A stretch of 64,000 nucleotides of DNA from an uncultured Bacteroidota bacterium (GTDB lineage: Bacteria; Bacteroidota; Bacteroidia; Bacteroidales; GCA-2748055): NCBI GenBank assembly GCA_963783435.1, contig CAWANQ010000011.1, forward strand, positions 12,808 through 76,807, read 5' to 3'. Position numbers and translations under genes: made by a program. Below are positions 1-9,931 of the stretch, piece by piece; the first letter of the stretch is position 1, and every line of letters starts with the position of its first letter. Below the pieces are notes generated by a model. That model was not told the origin of the DNA. It saw nothing but the letters and a program-made list of their open reading frames with translations, and did no database searches.

Positions 1-839
1 AGCCCAATCACATCCCGGTAAAGGATGTAGAGTTCCATCACAGGAGTGGACCCAAGACCCGAAATCAACAAGACCACATCATCCCCCTTCTCAAAGGGCA
101 GGTCCGGAATTACAACATCCACCATTCGTTTTGCAACCTTCTCAGAAGTTTCCAGATCCGCAATTTCAATCCCCGGCTCGCCATGGTGTCCGATCCCCAC
201 CTCCATTTTACCTGGCTCTACGCTGAAGTTGGGGTGTCCTACTTCGGGGATGGTACATCCGCTGAGCCCCACTCCAATACTCCGGGTATTGTCTATGGCC
301 TTCTGGGCCGCAGCAATTACTTCGTCAAGTGAACCTCCCATGGTGGCCTTGGCACCACCCACTTTCCACATCAGTATCTCTCCGGCCACACCCCGCCGCT
401 TTTCTCTTTCTGCAAGGGGTGCAGAGGGAACATCGTCATTGGCCACCACCTTTTTTACCTCAATTCCATCGTCATCGGCCTCTTCCATGGCCATGGCCAC
501 ATTCATATTATCACCCGCATAATTTCCATATAGTATGGCCACACCCTTTCCTCCGTCGGCTGCTTTGATGGCATCGTAAAACATTTGGGCTGGAGGGGAA
601 GTGAAGATCTCACCTACCGCTACTGCATCACACATATTTTTACCAATATAACCCACAAAGGCGGGTTTATGTCCTGAACCGCCGCCGGTTACAATTCCTA
701 CCTTGCCTTCCACCGGGGCGTTTTTATACTTCAATACGCGGTCATTATCGGTATGGGCCACCACATCGGAATGGGCCTTCACAAATCCCAGTAGCATTTC
801 ATCCACCACCAGGGAAGGATCGTTGATAAACTTTTGCAT
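1..839 (-). CDS. dihydroxyacetone-kinase family protein, DhaK domain (N-terminal ~279 aa; gene runs off the window start)
   Basis: Absent from the ORF track because there is no stop in the window. Manual minus-strand translation from ATG (rc of 837-839) gives MQKFINDPSLVVDEMLLGFVKAH... and the DhaK loop GIVTGGGSGH (rc of ~669-700). Track ORFs 46..522 and 329..568 are antisense shadows. Confidence 0.85.
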   Translation of the reverse strand, partial: MQKFINDPSLVVDEMLLGFVKAHSDVVAHTDNDRVLKYKNAPVEGKVGIVTGGGSGHKPAFVGYIGKNMCDAVAVGEIFTSPPAQMFYDAIKAADGGKGVAILYGNYAGDNMNVAMAMEEADDDGIEVKKVVANDDVPSAPLAEREKRRGVAGEILMWKVGGAKATMGGSLDEVIAAAQKAIDNTRSIGVGLSGCTIPEVGHPNFSVEPGKMEVGIGHHGEPGIEIADLETSEKVAKRMVDVVIPDLPFEKGDDVVLLISGLGSTPVMELYILYRDVIG

Positions 840-843
840 TGTT

Positions 844-1302
844 CTATTTTTTAAAGGATTCTTTTTCTAGTTTGCGCATGGTCTCTACCTTGGGGGCTGA
901 ACCCCCTCCCTGGAACTCTGCCTCCAGCCAGGCATCCACAATGGTTTTTGCCAGCTCAACTCCTACAACCCGTTCTCCCATGGTAAGTACCTGGGCATTG
1001 TTGCTGGCCCTGAGTCTTTGTGCCGAAAAAACATCGTGGCACACACCTGCATATACTCCCTCCAGCTTATTGGCAATCATGGCCATGCCCAGTCCGGTTC
1101 CACAGATCAGGATGGCCCGGTCCAGCTTTTCTGCCTGTACCTTTTTGGCCAGGTTGTAGCCCACCTCGGGGTAGGTGGCATCGGGTTTGGTCCCATTGTA
1201 ATCCAGGTCTTCCACTTCGATGCCCTTGCTTTGCAAATGTTCTACCAGTGCCTTTTTCAATGAAAAAGCGGCATCATCCGCATCTATAATAATTTTGCTC
1301 AC
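844..1302 (-). CDS. rpiB: RpiB/LacA/LacB-family sugar-phosphate isomerase (ribose-5-phosphate isomerase B-like)
   Basis: 152 aa. The ILICGTGLGMAMIANK active-site region and the length are typical of RpiB. The stop lies 5 nt before the DhaK start. Confidence 0.8.
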   Translation of the reverse strand: MSKIIIDADDAAFSLKKALVEHLQSKGIEVEDLDYNGTKPDATYPEVGYNLAKKVQAEKLDRAILICGTGLGMAMIANKLEGVYAGVCHDVFSAQRLRASNNAQVLTMGERVVGVELAKTIVDAWLEAEFQGGGSAPKVETMRKLEKESFKK

Positions 1303-1344
1303 TTTGTTCGCTTTAATGTGATAATAGGTTATTAAGTTAGTGGG

Positions 1345-2207
1345 CTATTTTTCCAGATAGGGCATAATCTTTGCCAAATAATCCAGGCTTTCTTTCACCC
1401 ACCGGTCGGGATCTTCCACAAATCCGCCGCTGGCTTCGCTTCCCATCTCAATGCCTGCTACGCATGGCTCTCCATATTTTTGCAGTTCTCTTCGATGCCC
1501 AGCTCCAGTAGTTTGTCCACATAGGCTTTGAAGTCTACAGCACCGGTTCCCAGGATGGAATTGGTATGAGCAAAGGATTCTGTTTCGCTCAGGTGAACAT
1601 GCAACAGTTTATTTTTAAGTTTTTCCAGGGATTCGGGCCCCTCACGGGTAATCACCAGGTGCCCCACATCCACATTGGGATAAACATTGGGAAGTCCAAG
1701 GTCTTCCACCACTTTGGCCAATTTATAGGTGCTGTTTACGATGAAGTAGACATGGGGATCCAGTTCAAATCCAACCAGCAGGTCCTTATCCAGACACCAT
1801 TCGGCAAATCTGCCCACATTTTCCAGCATATAGAGCCACGACTGCTCGGGAGTAACACCCAACTCATAGAGACCGCCTCCCCAGCAGACCAGCAGTTGCC
1901 TTCCTCCCAGTTCCATCTGGAAATCGGCACACTTTTTCATGTATTCAAATACCGCATCCCGCTTTTTGGGATCGGGGTGTGCCGTATCGCGTGTGGCGAC
2001 CAGCAACATCTGGGAACTCACCAGTCCGTTGTCTTTTACGATCCGGACCGCTTCTTTCCTTTGCTCCATGGTCATGGTAGCCGGATTCCCTTTCCTGATC
2101 CCGGCATACTCGATGTATTTGAAACCAAATTTGGCTGCACTGCGCAGCGACTCTTCGGGCCCCCTGTTGCCCACCTCGTAAACCAGGGTATTTAAGGCTA
2201 ATTTCAT
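1345..2207 (-). pseudogene. sugar phosphate isomerase/epimerase (xylose-isomerase-like TIM barrel), reading frame broken near its 3' end
   Basis: The track ORF 1458..2207 (249 aa) ends ...ENCKNMESHA*. The adjacent frame continues stop-free as YGEPCVAGIEMGSEASGGFVEDPDRWVKESLDYLAKIMPYLEK* to 1345. This restores the family-typical C-terminal IEM metal-ligand strand. The shift maps to an A5 run (T-run 1477-1481 on +). Confidence 0.6.
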
Positions 2208-2225
2208 AATCTCTACTTTATCTAC

Positions 2226-3509
2226 TTATTGCATACTTTCACTTACTTTATCTACCTTTATCACTTTTTCCGGGTTCATGGACAGCCACAGTGCAATGGC
2301 TATGGCAGAGAAGGCTACACAGACATAGAAAAATGGCTGAAAGCTCCCCGTCCACTCATAAAGATATGGGAAAGCAATGATGGTTACAAATGCTCCCAGG
2401 TTTCCCGCCATATTCATGGTTCCGGAGACAACCCCGGCATTCTCTTTCCCAATATCAATACAAAAGGCCCAGGATGGACTCAGGGTCATATCGGCTCCAA
2501 AAATGGCAATGGCCAGGAAAATAATGGCTACCTGTGGCGTTTCGATATTGGCCATCATCAGCATGCCGAAAGCGGCAAGAACAAAACCGGTGATGGCAGG
2601 CAACCTCCTGGAAATTTTTACATTGCGCCGCTTATAAAGGCTATCCACCCAAAGGCCCGATACCCAGTTCCCGGCAGCTCCTGCAAGGAGGGGGATCATG
2701 GCATAGAGGCCAGCTTCCACACCGCCAAGTGCAAAGCGGTCTTTCAGATAGGGGTACATCCAGGTGAGTGTGAAGTAGAAGGTAAAATTACTGGCCATAT
2801 ACTGCAGCATGGCCAGCCACATGGTCCTGGATGAGATAATGGTTCCAAAACTCAGGGCTCCTTTCTCTTTGGATGTGGACTGCTCCCTGTTCTCAAGAAT
2901 GTATTTTTTCTCCTTATCGCTGATGGCTGTGGACTCTTCGGGAGAGTCGCGAAAGAAAGTCCTCCACAGCAAGGCAAAGACCACTCCAATCACACCGAAT
3001 ATGAGAAAACTCATTCTCCAACCCACACGGCCAATAATCATGGCCACAAGGGGGAGGGCAAAGGCTGCCCCAATCCTGGATCCGGAAAAATTAATTCCCT
3101 GTACGATTCCTCGCTCTTTCACCGGGAACCAGTTGTAAACAACTTTGGCCAGGCTGGGAAAGGCTCCGGCTTCACCTGCACCAAAAAGGAAACGGATGAT
3201 CATCATGGAGATAAAATTCCATGCAGCGCCTGTCAATGCAGTGAGAACAGACCAAATGGCAACAATGCCGGTTATTACACTCCTGGGTCCCTTTTTGTCT
3301 GCCCATTTTCCGGAAGGGGTCTGAAAAAGGGCATATCCCAGGGTAAACATGGCCATGACCCATCCGAAATCGGTAAGATCAAAATTAAGATCACTTGAGA
3401 TTTCCTCTTTGGCAGCTGAAATACAGGCCCTGTCGATATAGAGCAGGACAGTCAGCATAAAGGTGGAAAAGACCAGGAGGATTCGGATGGGGAAATTTCT
3501 TTTTTTCAT
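2226..3509 (-). CDS. MFS transporter (anion:cation symporter / hexuronate-type)
   Basis: 427 aa and about 12 predicted TM helices. MFS loop motifs are present (GKWADKKGPR, FGAGEAGAFP). Confidence 0.85.
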   Translation of the reverse strand: MKKRNFPIRILLVFSTFMLTVLLYIDRACISAAKEEISSDLNFDLTDFGWVMAMFTLGYALFQTPSGKWADKKGPRSVITGIVAIWSVLTALTGAAWNFISMMIIRFLFGAGEAGAFPSLAKVVYNWFPVKERGIVQGINFSGSRIGAAFALPLVAMIIGRVGWRMSFLIFGVIGVVFALLWRTFFRDSPEESTAISDKEKKYILENREQSTSKEKGALSFGTIISSRTMWLAMLQYMASNFTFYFTLTWMYPYLKDRFALGGVEAGLYAMIPLLAGAAGNWVSGLWVDSLYKRRNVKISRRLPAITGFVLAAFGMLMMANIETPQVAIIFLAIAIFGADMTLSPSWAFCIDIGKENAGVVSGTMNMAGNLGAFVTIIAFPYLYEWTGSFQPFFYVCVAFSAIAIALWLSMNPEKVIKVDKVSESMQ

Positions 3510-3683
3510 TCCGGCTCGTTTAATTTAGCTTTTTTGGAGAGTAAAGTCTAAAATTCGATCATAAATATAAAACAAAAAATTTGTAACAAATCTGCGCTAT
3601 CCCTAATACGTAACGGTACAATTATGACTATGCAATATGATCAAAATTGTTATCTTAGGGGGGAGAATTAAAACATCACAGAC

Positions 3684-4751
3684 ATGAGCAAAAACAGTCA
3701 CATTGGAAGACGTGCCTTTCTGGGTACAGGTTTGGCAGCAGCCACTTCGGTTGTAGCGGGAAATTCACTTTACGGGACACCTGCCCCTGGTGGCCTTGAT
3801 CTACAGAAGCTTAAGAATGAGCATCCTTATAATGAGCGAACACACCTGGCCATGCCGACCAATGCCTTTGGTAAAACCGGATTTAAAGTAGGGATCCTAA
3901 GCCTGGGAGGCCAGGCAACCCTGGAGCAAAAGGGGACGGAAGATATATCGGTTAAAATGATCAACCGGGCCATCGATTTGGGTGTTAACTATATCGATAC
4001 GGCCGCATCCTATGGCGGTGGGGTCAGCCAGAAACACATTGGGATGGTGATGAACACCAGGCGCAAAGAGGTCTGGCTTTCCACCAAAACTCATGATCGC
4101 AGCTATGATGGCTCTATGAGATTGCTGGAGGAGAGCCTGAATAGCCTTCAGACAGATCACCTTGATATGTGGCAATTGCACAATGTGCAGCGTCAGGACC
4201 AGGTGGATCAGATTTTTGCCAAGGATGGTGCCCTGAAAGCACTGATTAAGGCCAAGGAGGAGGGCGTTGTAAGACACCTTGGGGTCACCGGGCATTATGA
4301 ACCCATGATCCTGCTTGAGTGCCTCAATAGGTTTGATTTTGATGGCATCCTGCTGGCAGTAAATGCGGCAGATGTGCACTACCTGAGTTTTAAGAAATAC
4401 CTGCTTCCGGAGGCACAGAAAAAGGGTACTGCCATTATCGGGATGAAGGTGGCCACCCGAGGGAGGATGATCTCCACCTGGACCCCTCCGCCCCTTGAAG
4501 AGCAGCCAGAGCGGATGAGAACGCCACTTCCGGGCACAATCACCATCAAAGAAGCTCTGAGTTATAACATGACGCTGCCGGTTAGCACCACCATTCTGGG
4601 AGTTGACAATATCGAACAGATAGAGGAGAACATGCAGATTGCATCCCAGTTCTCTCCACTCTCTGAAGAGGAGATGCAGGCCCTTGAATTCAAAACCCTC
4701 CCCATTGCAAGGCAGGGCCTCTATTTCAGACGATGGAACCTGGGAGCCTGA
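3684..4751 (+). CDS. aldo/keto reductase with twin-arginine signal peptide
   Basis: 355 aa. The N-terminus HIGRRAFLGTGLAAA is Tat-like. The AKR core shows GVNYIDTAASYGGG and LDMWQLHN. Confidence 0.85.
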   Translation: MSKNSHIGRRAFLGTGLAAATSVVAGNSLYGTPAPGGLDLQKLKNEHPYNERTHLAMPTNAFGKTGFKVGILSLGGQATLEQKGTEDISVKMINRAIDLGVNYIDTAASYGGGVSQKHIGMVMNTRRKEVWLSTKTHDRSYDGSMRLLEESLNSLQTDHLDMWQLHNVQRQDQVDQIFAKDGALKALIKAKEEGVVRHLGVTGHYEPMILLECLNRFDFDGILLAVNAADVHYLSFKKYLLPEAQKKGTAIIGMKVATRGRMISTWTPPPLEEQPERMRTPLPGTITIKEALSYNMTLPVSTTILGVDNIEQIEENMQIASQFSPLSEEEMQALEFKTLPIARQGLYFRRWNLGA

Positions 4752-4763
4752 TACATAGATTAA

Positions 4764-5648
4764 ATGGGAAAACTATTAGAGAGAATTGGTGAAGGACGGG
4801 TGCTGATATCAGACGGAGCCTGGGGAACTTTCCTTCATCAAAAAGGGCTTAAGGCAGAAGAGTGTCCCGAATCATGGAACCTGGAACGTCCCGATGATGT
4901 GCTGGAGATTGCATCCAGTTATGTGGAAGCCGGAGCCGATATAGTTCTTACCAATAGCTTTGGGGGAAGTCCTGCCAAACTGGAAGGCTACGGATTAAAA
5001 GACCAAACCTATGAACTCAACCTGGCAGCAGCCAAAATATCAAAAGAGGCAGCAGGTGACAGGGCTCTGGTTCTTGGGTCGATGGGGCCCACGGGAAAGA
5101 TGGTTTTTATGGGTGAGATTTCTGAGGAGGAGTTGCTTGAAGGCTTAAAGGAGCAGGCCAAAGGTCTCGTTGATGGGGGTGCAGATGGTATTGTCATAGA
5201 AACCATGTCGGATCTGGAAGAGGCCAGGATTGCCATTATGGCGGCTAAAAGTATTTCTGAGCTGGATGTGGCCTGTACATTTACCTTTTCGAAAACTCAG
5301 ACAGGGGAGTACAGGACCATGATGGGGACGGGCGTGGAAGAATTCCTGGAGATGGCAAAGGCTACAGGCGCAGATGTAATTGGTGCCAACTGTGGCAATG
5401 GTACAGCCGGGATGATAGAGATTGTAAAGGAGATCAGGGCTCTTGATCCGGATATCCCGGTATTGGTGCATGCCAATGCAGGATTGCCTGTCTATGAGGA
5501 TGGAAAGACTGTATTCCCTGAAACTCCAACGGAAATGGCTAGTCAGATGAAGGATCTGGTGAAGGCTGGAGCCAATATTGTGGGAGGATGCTGTGGCACT
5601 ACCCCTGAACATATCAGGTACATATCAAGGCTCTTTCATACTTCTTAA
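4764..5648 (+). CDS. homocysteine S-methyltransferase family protein (Hcy-binding domain)
   Basis: 294 aa. Zinc-ligand motifs GANCG and GGCCGTTPEHI are typical of the S-methyl_trans domain. Confidence 0.85.
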   Translation: MGKLLERIGEGRVLISDGAWGTFLHQKGLKAEECPESWNLERPDDVLEIASSYVEAGADIVLTNSFGGSPAKLEGYGLKDQTYELNLAAAKISKEAAGDRALVLGSMGPTGKMVFMGEISEEELLEGLKEQAKGLVDGGADGIVIETMSDLEEARIAIMAAKSISELDVACTFTFSKTQTGEYRTMMGTGVEEFLEMAKATGADVIGANCGNGTAGMIEIVKEIRALDPDIPVLVHANAGLPVYEDGKTVFPETPTEMASQMKDLVKAGANIVGGCCGTTPEHIRYISRLFHTS

Positions 5649-5749
5649 AAAATTCCCACTATATTCCATAGGGTATATGGAGTGTTGTGCATCATATAAG
5701 AAGGGAGAATCCCTAAAAGAGCGTAAATTCAAACCAAAAATCGATAATC

Positions 5750-6445
5750 ATGAGATCATTAGCTTTGATTGCACTTTGTATGTTGACTGTGATTAGTTCA
5801 TTTGCCCAGACCAGGGTGGTTAAAGGGAAACTGACAACATTTAACAAATATCCGGTCAAAAATATTACTGTAGAATCCAAAAAAGCAGGATCCACTGTAA
5901 TGACCGATACCCTTGGCCAATTTGAACTGGTTTGTAATGAGAAAGATGTAATCCAGATTAAAAATGATGTATTTGAGGCCATGAGTAAAAAGGTCACTCC
6001 TGATGACCAATATATATCGGCCAATCTCATTTTCAGAGACACCAAGAAGAACAGGGAAGTCGCCACTGGTATGGGTTACATTTCCGAAGAAAACCTGACC
6101 TTTGCCCTCGCTCATATGTCCTATGAAAACAATGATTTTTGCAGTTACACTGATGTGTTTACCCTAATTACAGGGAAATTTTCCAGTGTTCAGATCAAAC
6201 CCAGTCAAATGGGTGGAAAGGGGATTTTCATAAGGGGACAGAAATCCCTCTATGGTGACAATGAAGCCATTTATGTGTTAGATGGTGCAAGGGTGGCAGA
6301 TATTTCATTTGTGAATCCATGCGATATGGCCTCCATTGATATCCTGAAAGATGGGGGAGCCGCAATATACGGATCACAGGCAGCCAACGGCGTGGTGGTC
6401 ATTGAGACCAAAGGATATAAACAGCAAGCCGAATCAAATAATTAA
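5750..6445 (+). CDS. secreted CarboxypepD_reg-like plus TonB-plug-N-terminal module protein (stand-alone SusC N-terminus-like)
   Basis: 231 aa with a signal peptide ending FAQ. It shows [21 protein letters not shown] and, at the C-terminus, [26 protein letters not shown], the start of a TonB-dependent receptor plug. No barrel follows. Confidence 0.75.
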   Translation: MRSLALIALCMLTVISSFAQTRVVKGKLTTFNKYPVKNITVESKKAGSTVMTDTLGQFELVCNEKDVIQIKNDVFEAMSKKVTPDDQYISANLIFRDTKKNREVATGMGYISEENLTFALAHMSYENNDFCSYTDVFTLITGKFSSVQIKPSQMGGKGIFIRGQKSLYGDNEAIYVLDGARVADISFVNPCDMASIDILKDGGAAIYGSQAANGVVVIETKGYKQQAESNN

Positions 6446-6450
6446 CAAAC

Positions 6451-7128
6451 ATGACAAAACGAATTATTCTCTTTCTGGGAATCATTATTCTTTTCTCCTC
6501 AACATATGCGCAGACCAGGGTAGTGTATGGAAAACTAACTGCCTTTAATCAGTATCCGATCCAGAACATCGAGGTCAAAACTAAAAAGAGCAAGGCGACA
6601 GTGAAGTCCGATAGCCTTGGAATGTTTTCTATTGTTACCAATATGGAGGACAGGATTACGATCAAACCCAAAGCTTTCAAAACTGTGGTTCGAAAGGTCG
6701 ATGAAGATACAGACACCCTGTTCATCAATCTTATTTTCATCGATACCAAATCCAACCGGGATATAGCCACAGGCTATGGTTATATCAGCCAGCAGGATTT
6801 AAACTATGCGGTAAGTCACCTGACCCAGGAGAACAATGAGTTTTGTAACTACACCAATATTTTCGAATTGATTAAGGGCCGATTCCCGGGTGTCACTGTG
6901 CAAAGTACCGCCATTGGTGGTGCTGTATATATAAGGGGTGGCACTTCAGTGAATATGTCAAACGAAGCCCTCTATGTGGTAGATGGAGGACCCACCATGG
7001 ATATTAATTATCTTTCTCCCTGTGATATCAGGTCCATTGATGTATTGAAAGATGCAAGTGCTTCCATTTATGGAACCCGGGGATCCAATGGGGTGGTGGT
7101 TATAGAGACCAAGCGGGGTAACGATTAG
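6451..7128 (+). CDS. paralogue of 5750..6445 (CarboxypepD_reg-like plus plug-N module)
   Basis: 225 aa with the same architecture and colinear motifs ([23 protein letters not shown] ... [26 protein letters not shown]). Confidence 0.75.
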   Translation: MTKRIILFLGIIILFSSTYAQTRVVYGKLTAFNQYPIQNIEVKTKKSKATVKSDSLGMFSIVTNMEDRITIKPKAFKTVVRKVDEDTDTLFINLIFIDTKSNRDIATGYGYISQQDLNYAVSHLTQENNEFCNYTNIFELIKGRFPGVTVQSTAIGGAVYIRGGTSVNMSNEALYVVDGGPTMDINYLSPCDIRSIDVLKDASASIYGTRGSNGVVVIETKRGND

Positions 7129-7147
7129 GAAATTCAGCGTTCATAAC

Positions 7148-7188
7148 AAGCCATGGCCCTATGATTAGCAGGCCATGGCTTTTTTTTT
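7148..7188 (+). terminator. intrinsic terminator
   Basis: An 11-bp stem aagccatggcc/ggccatggctt is followed by T8, 20 nt after the stop at 7128. Confidence 0.8.
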
Positions 7189-7224
7189 GGTTTGAATTGC
7201 TAAATTTGAACCATAAAGCTGAAG

Positions 7225-8214
7225 ATGATGGAACACAGAAGACTTGGAAAAACAGGATTTGAGATTTCAGAAGTAAGTCTGGGTACATGGCAGGTGGGAG
7301 GTCGCTGGGGGGAACCTTTTAACGATGTGAGCGCCAAAGCCATTCTGAATAAGGCCATGGATGAGGGCATCAATTTTATCGACACGGCCGATGTCTATGG
7401 AGATGGACTTAGTGAAAAAATGGTGGGTCAGGTGGTTCGCAGTCGAAGTGAGCGAATCTATGTGGCGACCAAGTGTGGTCGAAGACTGAGCCCCCATAAC
7501 AACCAAAGCTATACAGCTGAGGCCCTGAGGCAGTTTGTGGAAGATAGTCTGGCCAATTCGGGCCTGGAGACTCTTGACCTGATCCAGTTGCACTGTCCGC
7601 CATCAGAGGTATATAAAAGAGATGAGATATTCGGACTTTTTGAAAGGCTGAAAGAGGAGGGCAAGATTCAAAACCTGGGTGTAAGCGTCGAGAAAGTGGA
7701 GGAGGCCTTGATGGCCATCAGGTATGACAATGTCACCACCATTCAAATTATCTTCAATATGTTCAGGCATAAACCTTCGGAGCAGTTCTTCCAGGCGGCG
7801 GCTCAAAGAGATGTGGGCATTATTGTTCGGGTACCCCTGGCCAGTGGGTTGCTTACCGGTCTCTACAACCGGGATACCAAATTTGGCAGGACCGACCACC
7901 GCTATTTCAATCGCAATGGGGCCATGTTTGATAAGGGAGAGACCTTTTCAGGCGTCGATTATACCACAGGCCTGGATGCCGTGGACGAGATACGCAAACT
8001 CTTTCCGGAAAGGGAGAACCTGGCACCACTTGCCTTGAAATGGGTCCTGATGTTCAAGGAAGTGAGTTGTGTGATCCCCGGAGCATCCAGTGAAAGTCAA
8101 TTGATTTCCAACCTCAATGCAGCTAACTTAGCTGCCTTTTCAGAAGAGCAAATGGCTGGCATATCAAAGATCTATGACAACTACATAAGGGAAAAAGTAC
8201 ATCCCCTCTGGTAG
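7225..8214 (+). CDS. aldo/keto reductase (cytoplasmic, Tas/YhdN-like)
   Basis: 329 aa. Motifs GINFIDTADVYGDG and LDLIQLHCP. Confidence 0.85.
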   Translation: MMEHRRLGKTGFEISEVSLGTWQVGGRWGEPFNDVSAKAILNKAMDEGINFIDTADVYGDGLSEKMVGQVVRSRSERIYVATKCGRRLSPHNNQSYTAEALRQFVEDSLANSGLETLDLIQLHCPPSEVYKRDEIFGLFERLKEEGKIQNLGVSVEKVEEALMAIRYDNVTTIQIIFNMFRHKPSEQFFQAAAQRDVGIIVRVPLASGLLTGLYNRDTKFGRTDHRYFNRNGAMFDKGETFSGVDYTTGLDAVDEIRKLFPERENLAPLALKWVLMFKEVSCVIPGASSESQLISNLNAANLAAFSEEQMAGISKIYDNYIREKVHPLW

Positions 8215-8239
8215 GATTTGTGACATTTTAAACATTCCT

Positions 8240-9370
8240 GTGGAAAAGTCAAGAACACTTCTCACCTACCACGACCTTACCGTTGAGGTAGAACCCAAGC
8301 CAAGTGACGAGCTTATTGAACATATGCATCATACGGTGATGGGTCAACCGGGCAGCTTTCGGTATCAGCATACCAACCTGATCGATCGGATGAATACACC
8401 CGGGGAGAACTATTTTATGTATCTCAGGAAGTCAGGCAAAATGATGGGGTCAGTTGGTTTTTGCGGTAAGCCAGCTCGGACCAACGGGGTGGCACATGAC
8501 AGCTGGCTGATTCGTTATTTCTCCATCAAGGCCCCCATGCGATCGGTTCCGAAAAAGAGAAAAGAGAAGATCGATCTGAAGGATGAAAACAAGCGCAGTA
8601 CGGTGTTGGGGCGTTTTATTCAACCCGTATTTGCAGAGCCTTCTGTGTTGAAGGAAGAGGGCCCTGACAAAGATCAGCCATCCATTGTCTATGCCATCAT
8701 TGAGCAGAAGAATTTACGTTCAATGAATTTCAGTTCACAGATGGGACTGGAGACCGTGGGGGAGATGGCCAGCTTTAGTTTTAGCAGGCTCACTCCCAAA
8801 AGCTCTTCCAGGGTGGTGCAGCTGCCGGAGGAAGAGCAGGCCGAAATGCTTTCGCTGCTTAAAGCGTACTACCATGATTACACGCTTTTTTTTACAGATC
8901 CCCTGTTTAAAGACAACGACTACTATGTAATTCGTCAGGACGGAAGGGTGGTGGCAGGTATTCAGATCTACCCGGTGACCTGGAAAATTGTGGATTTTGG
9001 AAGCAAGTCAGCCAACCGGCTCATTAGAATCATTACCAGGATTCCCTGGGTCAGAAAAAGGATCACTCCGGAGGAGGTGAAGCTCCTGGCCTTTGATGGC
9101 ATCTACTGTGAGCCTGGCCATGAGTCGGCCCTCTACGAATTAATGGAAGGAGTGCTGGCTCAAAGCAATCGTTACCTGGCCATGGTGATGGTAGATAAAA
9201 GTTCGCAGCTTTATGCGATTTTCAAAAACAGGCAGAAACTGGGTATGCTGCACAAAATGCTGGGTACCTTTTCGGCAGATATTAGAATGAGATTCATTAA
9301 TTTGCCCGACGATACCCGACAATATTTCCTGGACCATCCCACATATATTCCCACATACGATAACTCTTAA
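8240..9370 (+). CDS. hypothetical protein (possibly acyl-CoA N-acyltransferase-like)
   Basis: A 376-aa ORF with a GTG start and coding-like composition. No motif I can name. It sits upstream of two GNAT-type genes. Confidence 0.55.
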   Translation: MEKSRTLLTYHDLTVEVEPKPSDELIEHMHHTVMGQPGSFRYQHTNLIDRMNTPGENYFMYLRKSGKMMGSVGFCGKPARTNGVAHDSWLIRYFSIKAPMRSVPKKRKEKIDLKDENKRSTVLGRFIQPVFAEPSVLKEEGPDKDQPSIVYAIIEQKNLRSMNFSSQMGLETVGEMASFSFSRLTPKSSSRVVQLPEEEQAEMLSLLKAYYHDYTLFFTDPLFKDNDYYVIRQDGRVVAGIQIYPVTWKIVDFGSKSANRLIRIITRIPWVRKRITPEEVKLLAFDGIYCEPGHESALYELMEGVLAQSNRYLAMVMVDKSSQLYAIFKNRQKLGMLHKMLGTFSADIRMRFINLPDDTRQYFLDHPTYIPTYDNS

Positions 9371-9378
9371 CCCTTGAT

Positions 9379-9882
9379 ATGATAATAAATACTAAGATTG
9401 ATGATTTCATCATTCGGAAAGCAGAAAAAGCGGATGTCTCTCTGGTGCTTAATTTCATTCAAAAACTGGCAGCTTATGAACGTCTCTCCCATGAGGTAGT
9501 GGCCACGGAGGAGCAACTGGCAAAATACCTCTTCGGGGAGGATAAGGTGGCCGAAGTGGTTATTGGTTATTACCGGGATATTCCGGTGGGATTTGCGCTG
9601 TACTTCTATAATTTCTCCACTTTTCTGGCAAAACCGGGCATCTACCTGGAGGATCTATATGTACTTGAGGAACAGAGGGGAAAGGGCTTCGGGAAGTCAT
9701 TGTTGGCCTACCTCGCAAAGCTGGCTGTGGAGAAGGATTGTGGTCGGCTCGAATGGGCAGTGCTTGATTGGAACGAACCCTCCATCGAGTTTTATAAGTC
9801 GCTGGGAGCCAATATAATGGACGAATGGCTGGTAAACAGGCTAACAGGTGAAGGATTGATAAAGCTGTCCGAGCAGTTTTAA
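9379..9882 (+). CDS. GNAT family N-acetyltransferase
   Basis: 167 aa. The acetyl-CoA loop QRGKGFGKSLL and the overall GNAT pattern are present. Confidence 0.85.
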   Translation: MIINTKIDDFIIRKAEKADVSLVLNFIQKLAAYERLSHEVVATEEQLAKYLFGEDKVAEVVIGYYRDIPVGFALYFYNFSTFLAKPGIYLEDLYVLEEQRGKGFGKSLLAYLAKLAVEKDCGRLEWAVLDWNEPSIEFYKSLGANIMDEWLVNRLTGEGLIKLSEQF

Positions 9883-9931
9883 TTTTAAAAGAATTAGTCT
9901 ACTTTCACAAGCACTCACCAATCATGATTGC

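Noticed and set aside
46-568. Track ORFs 46..522 (+) and 329..568 (+)
   Set aside because: They are Pro/Ser/Thr-rich nonsense translations antisense to a clean DhaK-domain reading frame on the minus strand. They are shadow ORFs.
1566-2195. Long antisense ORFs inside real genes, for example 1566..2195 (+), 2229..2834 (+), 19033..19683 (-), 46475..47104 (-), 15433..15939 (-) and 38283..38747 (+)
   Set aside because: Each lies wholly within, and opposite to or out of frame with, a gene that has clear family motifs. The translations lack motifs and are compositionally odd.
3575-3600. Palindrome-like TTTGTAACAAA in the divergent MFS/AKR promoter region as a possible operator
   Set aside because: It is only an 11-nt element in an AT-rich region, no cognate regulator gene is adjacent, and it is too weak to report as a feature.
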